A stretch of DNA of 63,782 bases, counting the filler, from Folioceros fuciformis (Eukaryota), in assembly GCA_049999805.1 (NCBI GenBank). It is 13 parts of 13 records of this genome, joined end to end, with 100 filler letters (N's around TTAATTAATTAA, not from the genome) between each part and the next. Parts side by side here need not be neighbours in the genome. Positions count along the whole stretch, not along the records: positions 57,846 to 62,663 come from JBNGIO010003226.1; positions 62,764 to 63,782 come from JBNGIO010003268.1; 11 more parts are not named here. The stretch is one strand, 5' to 3'. The notes below the pieces were generated by a model that was not told the origin of the DNA, ran no database searches, and saw nothing but the letters and a program-made list of their open reading frames with translations. Positions 59,906 through 63,782 of the stretch are shown here, piece by piece. A program made the position numbers and the translations under genes. The stretch's first letter is position 1. Each line of letters begins with the position of its first letter.

Positions 59906-62763
59906 TCCTCCTCTTCTTGGGCCGGAGTAGGAGTCGGTTGGGGAGCCAGGGGTGGAATCACTCCGGCGGGAGGTGGACTAGGTTAACGGGGTCCTCTCCC
60001 CTTCTTTTGTCCCTGGGGTGGAGGAGGTCGCTTGACATCAGAGGGCCTGATGTCGTGATGCTTGTTGTAGTCCAGTTGCACAGCCAAGCGGACCAGTTCC
60101 ATGCGGTTCGCCTCTTCCCGAGTCTTTGGCACTAGTCTTGTGGTTGGTGCAAGAGTCAAGAAATCTTCTGTCTCCGGGCTGGTGGGTGGCGGAGCACTCC
60201 GGATTGAAATCCGCCTGCCTGCTCTTAATATGGCCCAGATGTTCCTCCACTTGGGCTGGGGCACTTGAGTAGAGAAGCCTTTGTTTTTTGCTTTGGAGGC
60301 CACTTGGTGGGGTTTAGGGTGAGGCCATTGAGGGTGAGTCTAACGTGGCTCCGCAATTGTCCTCAGAGGGCTTCGAGATTGGTAAGGGTACTGGCGCGGC
60401 GATGAAGGCCTTAGGCTGGGTGTACGGGGTGGAGCCTTTTTCCGAGGGGCAGGAGGAGGAGCAATGGCTGGAGGGGTAGGCGTAGGAGGTAGACGGGCCA
60501 AAGATGTGTTTTCAGCAGTAGTTAGGACCCCGTGGTGGTCCCAAATATAGAAATGAGTAATGAGAAATAAAATAGTTAGGCCCCTTTGTATAGTGAGGTT
60601 TAAACCTAACAAATAACTACCAAACTTAAGTTTAAAGCTAATTCCTACTACCCCTTATTCTAGGGCTGCATATTTCATGCATAATCCTCATGCAAGCTTT
60701 GTTGCTTTCTCCCTCTTGGGAGAAACAAAGATATTATTCCCATTAATAACTAAATGTACTAGGCAATCATCCAAGAACCTTTTTGGATATCCTTTAATGT
60801 TACTATATACTATGGTACAACTCCACGTCCCGTAGCCATACTATGTCAAACATATCATATGCTGTCGTACAGGTACATGCGAATAGTAATGAGTTAATTA
60901 TTAGTTTATACTATTAAGTAAAATTGATTAGTAAAAGTAAAATAGTTACCTTAGATAATTAAATTATACACATAATTTTAGGTTAATAGGATAGACACAA
61001 AACTAGATCTGTGGGCTTGGTTGTAAGAGGTGTAGAAGCCTATCATAGTGGTGTCTATTGTAGTAGACTCTTGTTCTTCCTTTGTTGGAAATTTGATTGA
61101 TGTATGCAAGTGCACATGTGTAAAACCACGTGACCCAGTTGTAGATTTGAAAAGTCAAGCTACAACTTTGAGAATTGTGGATGCATGTGTTGGAGGTTCT
61201 TGTGGTGACAAAAGAAAGCAAATGCTTCAATATTTTTGTAATGTTATACACCATCATGCACTGATTAAGGTATGTATATTATGGTGTGGTATAAATATTT
61301 ATTAACTAATGAACCATATATGAGTATGATATCCAATGGTATAGAATGACAAGTTACCCTTGCAAAGAAATCCTCAATTTCGCATAATTCTTGATTATGC
61401 TGCACAAGGATATTTTATTTCTTCTTGTTTGTGTGTCTTTCTCTTTGCCTGATATGAATGGTTTGATAGATGAAATATATTGTGTGCAAAAATCTATTTT
61501 AACAATTTTAGCTTATAAATCACTTTCGCAATGTGCTTCAAGATTACAAAGGATCTCAATCACCTTGTGGTGAAGGGTTTCGCCGGTTTGAAAGGAGAAC
61601 GTTGCTCATGAAAATAAACAACGTTGTAATACTGCGTTATGGAGTCCTCTAGGTATGTACCTCCTAGTCCCAGCAGAAATGTTTGATTAATGCGTAGCGC
61701 TGTGTGACCGAGCCGTGGGGCAGGTAGTTAACTACTTTGACGCCTGAAAGGAACGACGAATTCCACAGTGGAGTTGCAAGCGGTGTGTCGATCGGTCGCC
61801 CGAGACGAATTGCGTTCCTAGTACGTTTCAGCGTGGATCGCCGGTCTCAGCTCACTGATCCTACCATCTGATCGCCGACAAGACGAGGCGCCGGGAGAAA
61901 ATTGAGCATGGTTCAATTGCAGCGTGCAGCAGCGCGTCTTCTTACGTGAGTGAATAAGGGGCCAGGCCGGCCACAATGGGGTACTACCTACCACCGTGTG
62001 AGCTGTGAGTCGGGGAGATGGAACACAACCGTCTGGGCGGGAGAACGGCACGGACTCCGGGTTGCAGCAAGAAGAGAAGTCGGTAGTGTAGATGACATGT
62101 CGCTGCATGTTTGCAGCAAGCCGAGTCCGCTGGACCAGTGTTGTAGCTGCGAGGAGCAGGAGCAGCCGGATGTCAACGACCTGCCGATCGAGGCACGGTT
62201 TTCCGAGAGGAAGAAGTTTTCGGACAAAGGTTTCCTTCCCAGTCCTGGCGGCAGTGATCGAGGCCTCGGCGTGCACAGGGGACGGCAATGGCACGCGGGC
62301 CAGTGCAATCCGGAGGGACCTAGTTTTGAAGTGAATGCCGACGAGGCGAGCGGCTGGCATGTCCCCCACCACATGCGAACCAGGAGCGGGGATCTTTACA
62401 CAAAGATTGGGTGGGACGAGGAGGCCCACGGAATGCAACACAGCGGTGACGAGGACAGCGATGAAGAAAGTGTGGGAAACGTGGGAGGTGATAGGTTGGA
62501 AGGGGAGGAGTGGATTACCAGTGGTGGCGGCCGATATGTCGTCAAGGGGCAGGGCTCCTGGGGCGATGGCTCTGGCACTGCATCTTCCACGGACTCGGAA
62601 GGACATTTTTCGACCAGTTTGAAACTACTTTCCGGCCGCTCACGTGAGGCGGAGAGAGAGCCANNNNNNNNNNNNNNNNNNNNNNNNNNNNNNNNNNNNN
62701 NNNNNNNTTAATTAATTAANNNNNNNNNNNNNNNNNNNNNNNNNNNNNNNNNNNNNNNNNNNN

Positions 62764-63706
62764 TATCAGCCTCCACTCCTCACTGAGCCTCTGGGCAGAC
62801 CCTGTATTTACAGCCAAGAAGATATGTCAGCAGGTTCCAAAGATCACGGAAACCTGCAGACAGTGGTCAAGAAATATCAAAGCACAAGGAAACCTGTAGG
62901 AACAGCAACAACAAAAAGAAATCAAAGGCAGGGGCTTACTGTAGAAGCTCACAACATGGCCTTCGAAGCACCTGCTTTGCTGCACCTTCACCCTTTTCAC
63001 CCTCTAAGCCAACCCAGACTTTATATCAGACAGGAGAGCAAGGATACGCAAGTGTGCCACAGGTCACGAGCTTGGTCTCAGTCTGACAGTTCACAGGCTT
63101 GGGCAACTTCACAGGAAGGTGACTGCTTTCAGCATGATGGTAGTAGGCGACATCTAGGTTCAGAGTCCTGATGATGGGCATGACTTCGTCACTCTCGCTG
63201 GACTCTGGCAGTGTCTTAGGGCGCGGCTGCAAGTCGGACGGACCAGGCGCCTCAGCTTCAGTCTTCAGCGCAGCAAGTTTGCGCTTCTCCAGAACTGCCT
63301 TGGTGGTTCCCAACGGCCGCCCAACCTTCGGCTTGGTGATTGCAGTCACAGCTCCCATCTTCCCGCTACGCTCACTCTCAATGGTAGCTGTCCTTGGCGC
63401 GAATCGACCTAAAGCATCTCGGCGGTGGCGGTGCTTAGTGATCCGATCAGAATTCGAAGAATCAGACATGGTGGTGATGATGAGCAGCTTGGCGATCTCC
63501 AAGTCGAGAAGCTCACAGATGATTCTGACAATGAAGAACACCAAGAATATAAGGGTGGCACATCGTGGTACCATCTTTATTACGCCCAGCGGTGTGCGCT
63601 CCGCAAGATCCATGTGGCGGCCGTAAGTGGTTGGGGAGTAATCGAGAACTAGGTCTGAGAGTTGAAGTGCCGTTTGATGCAGGGGTACGAAGGGTAGCTG
63701 AAGCAC
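62764..63706 (-). pseudogene. Second, diverged copy of the retroelement antisense accessory ORF
   Basis: 226-codon open stretch with hydrophobic segment, RRDALGRF, GRPLGTTK, LNLDVAYY and PCSPV*YKVWV, continuing as VKRVKVQQSRCFEGHVVSFY; candidate intron 62939-62802. Confidence 0.7.
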
Positions 63707-63726
63707 ATGTTTGAATCATCACCAGC

Positions 63727-63782
63727 AAGTGGGAGTATTGAATGAAGGATGTTTAATTAGTATATGCTGGTTATGATTAGTT
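63727..63782 (+). mobile_element. PPT (AAGTGGGAG) and start of 3' LTR of a plus-strand LTR element
   Basis: CATCACCAGCAAGTGGGAG|TATTG matches CATCACCAAGTGGGAG|TGTTG at 39939-39919(-). Confidence 0.65.

Noticed and set aside
61818-62663. Long ORFs on both strands (253 and 262 aa)
   Set aside because: Non-ATG or low-complexity, GC-rich, no recognisable motif, truncated by spacer; cannot support a gene call

Overview
This is eukaryotic land-plant genomic DNA, probably a non-seed plant. That assignment is an inference from the short GT-AG introns and a PLS-PPR gene with a 'WW'-type PG box, which points towards a hornwort- or fern-like lineage. The window is not one locus: 13 contigs are joined by 12 identical artificial 100-nt spacers (44 N + TTAATTAATTAA + 44 N), so adjacency across spacers means nothing. 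It is mostly decayed transposons: several Ty1/copia elements, an L1-type LINE plus a second LINE 3' fragment, a two-gene PIF/Harbinger element, and gag-like fragments. Host genes are a 3-exon SABATH methyltransferase, a myosin VIII pseudogene, an OVATE-family protein, a disrupted PDF-motif + PLS-E PPR gene, a NATA1-like GNAT and the 3' exons of XRN3. The most interesting observation is an unrecognised protein encoded ANTISENSE between the pol stop codon and the PPT/3' LTR of a copia element (about 40033-40903). A clearly homologous but strongly diverged copy sits in the same position relative to a PPT on another contig (62764-63706). Both copies show a hydrophobic N-terminal segment, a GRPLGTTK basic motif, a conserved Cys/aromatic domain and a candidate intron at the same position.
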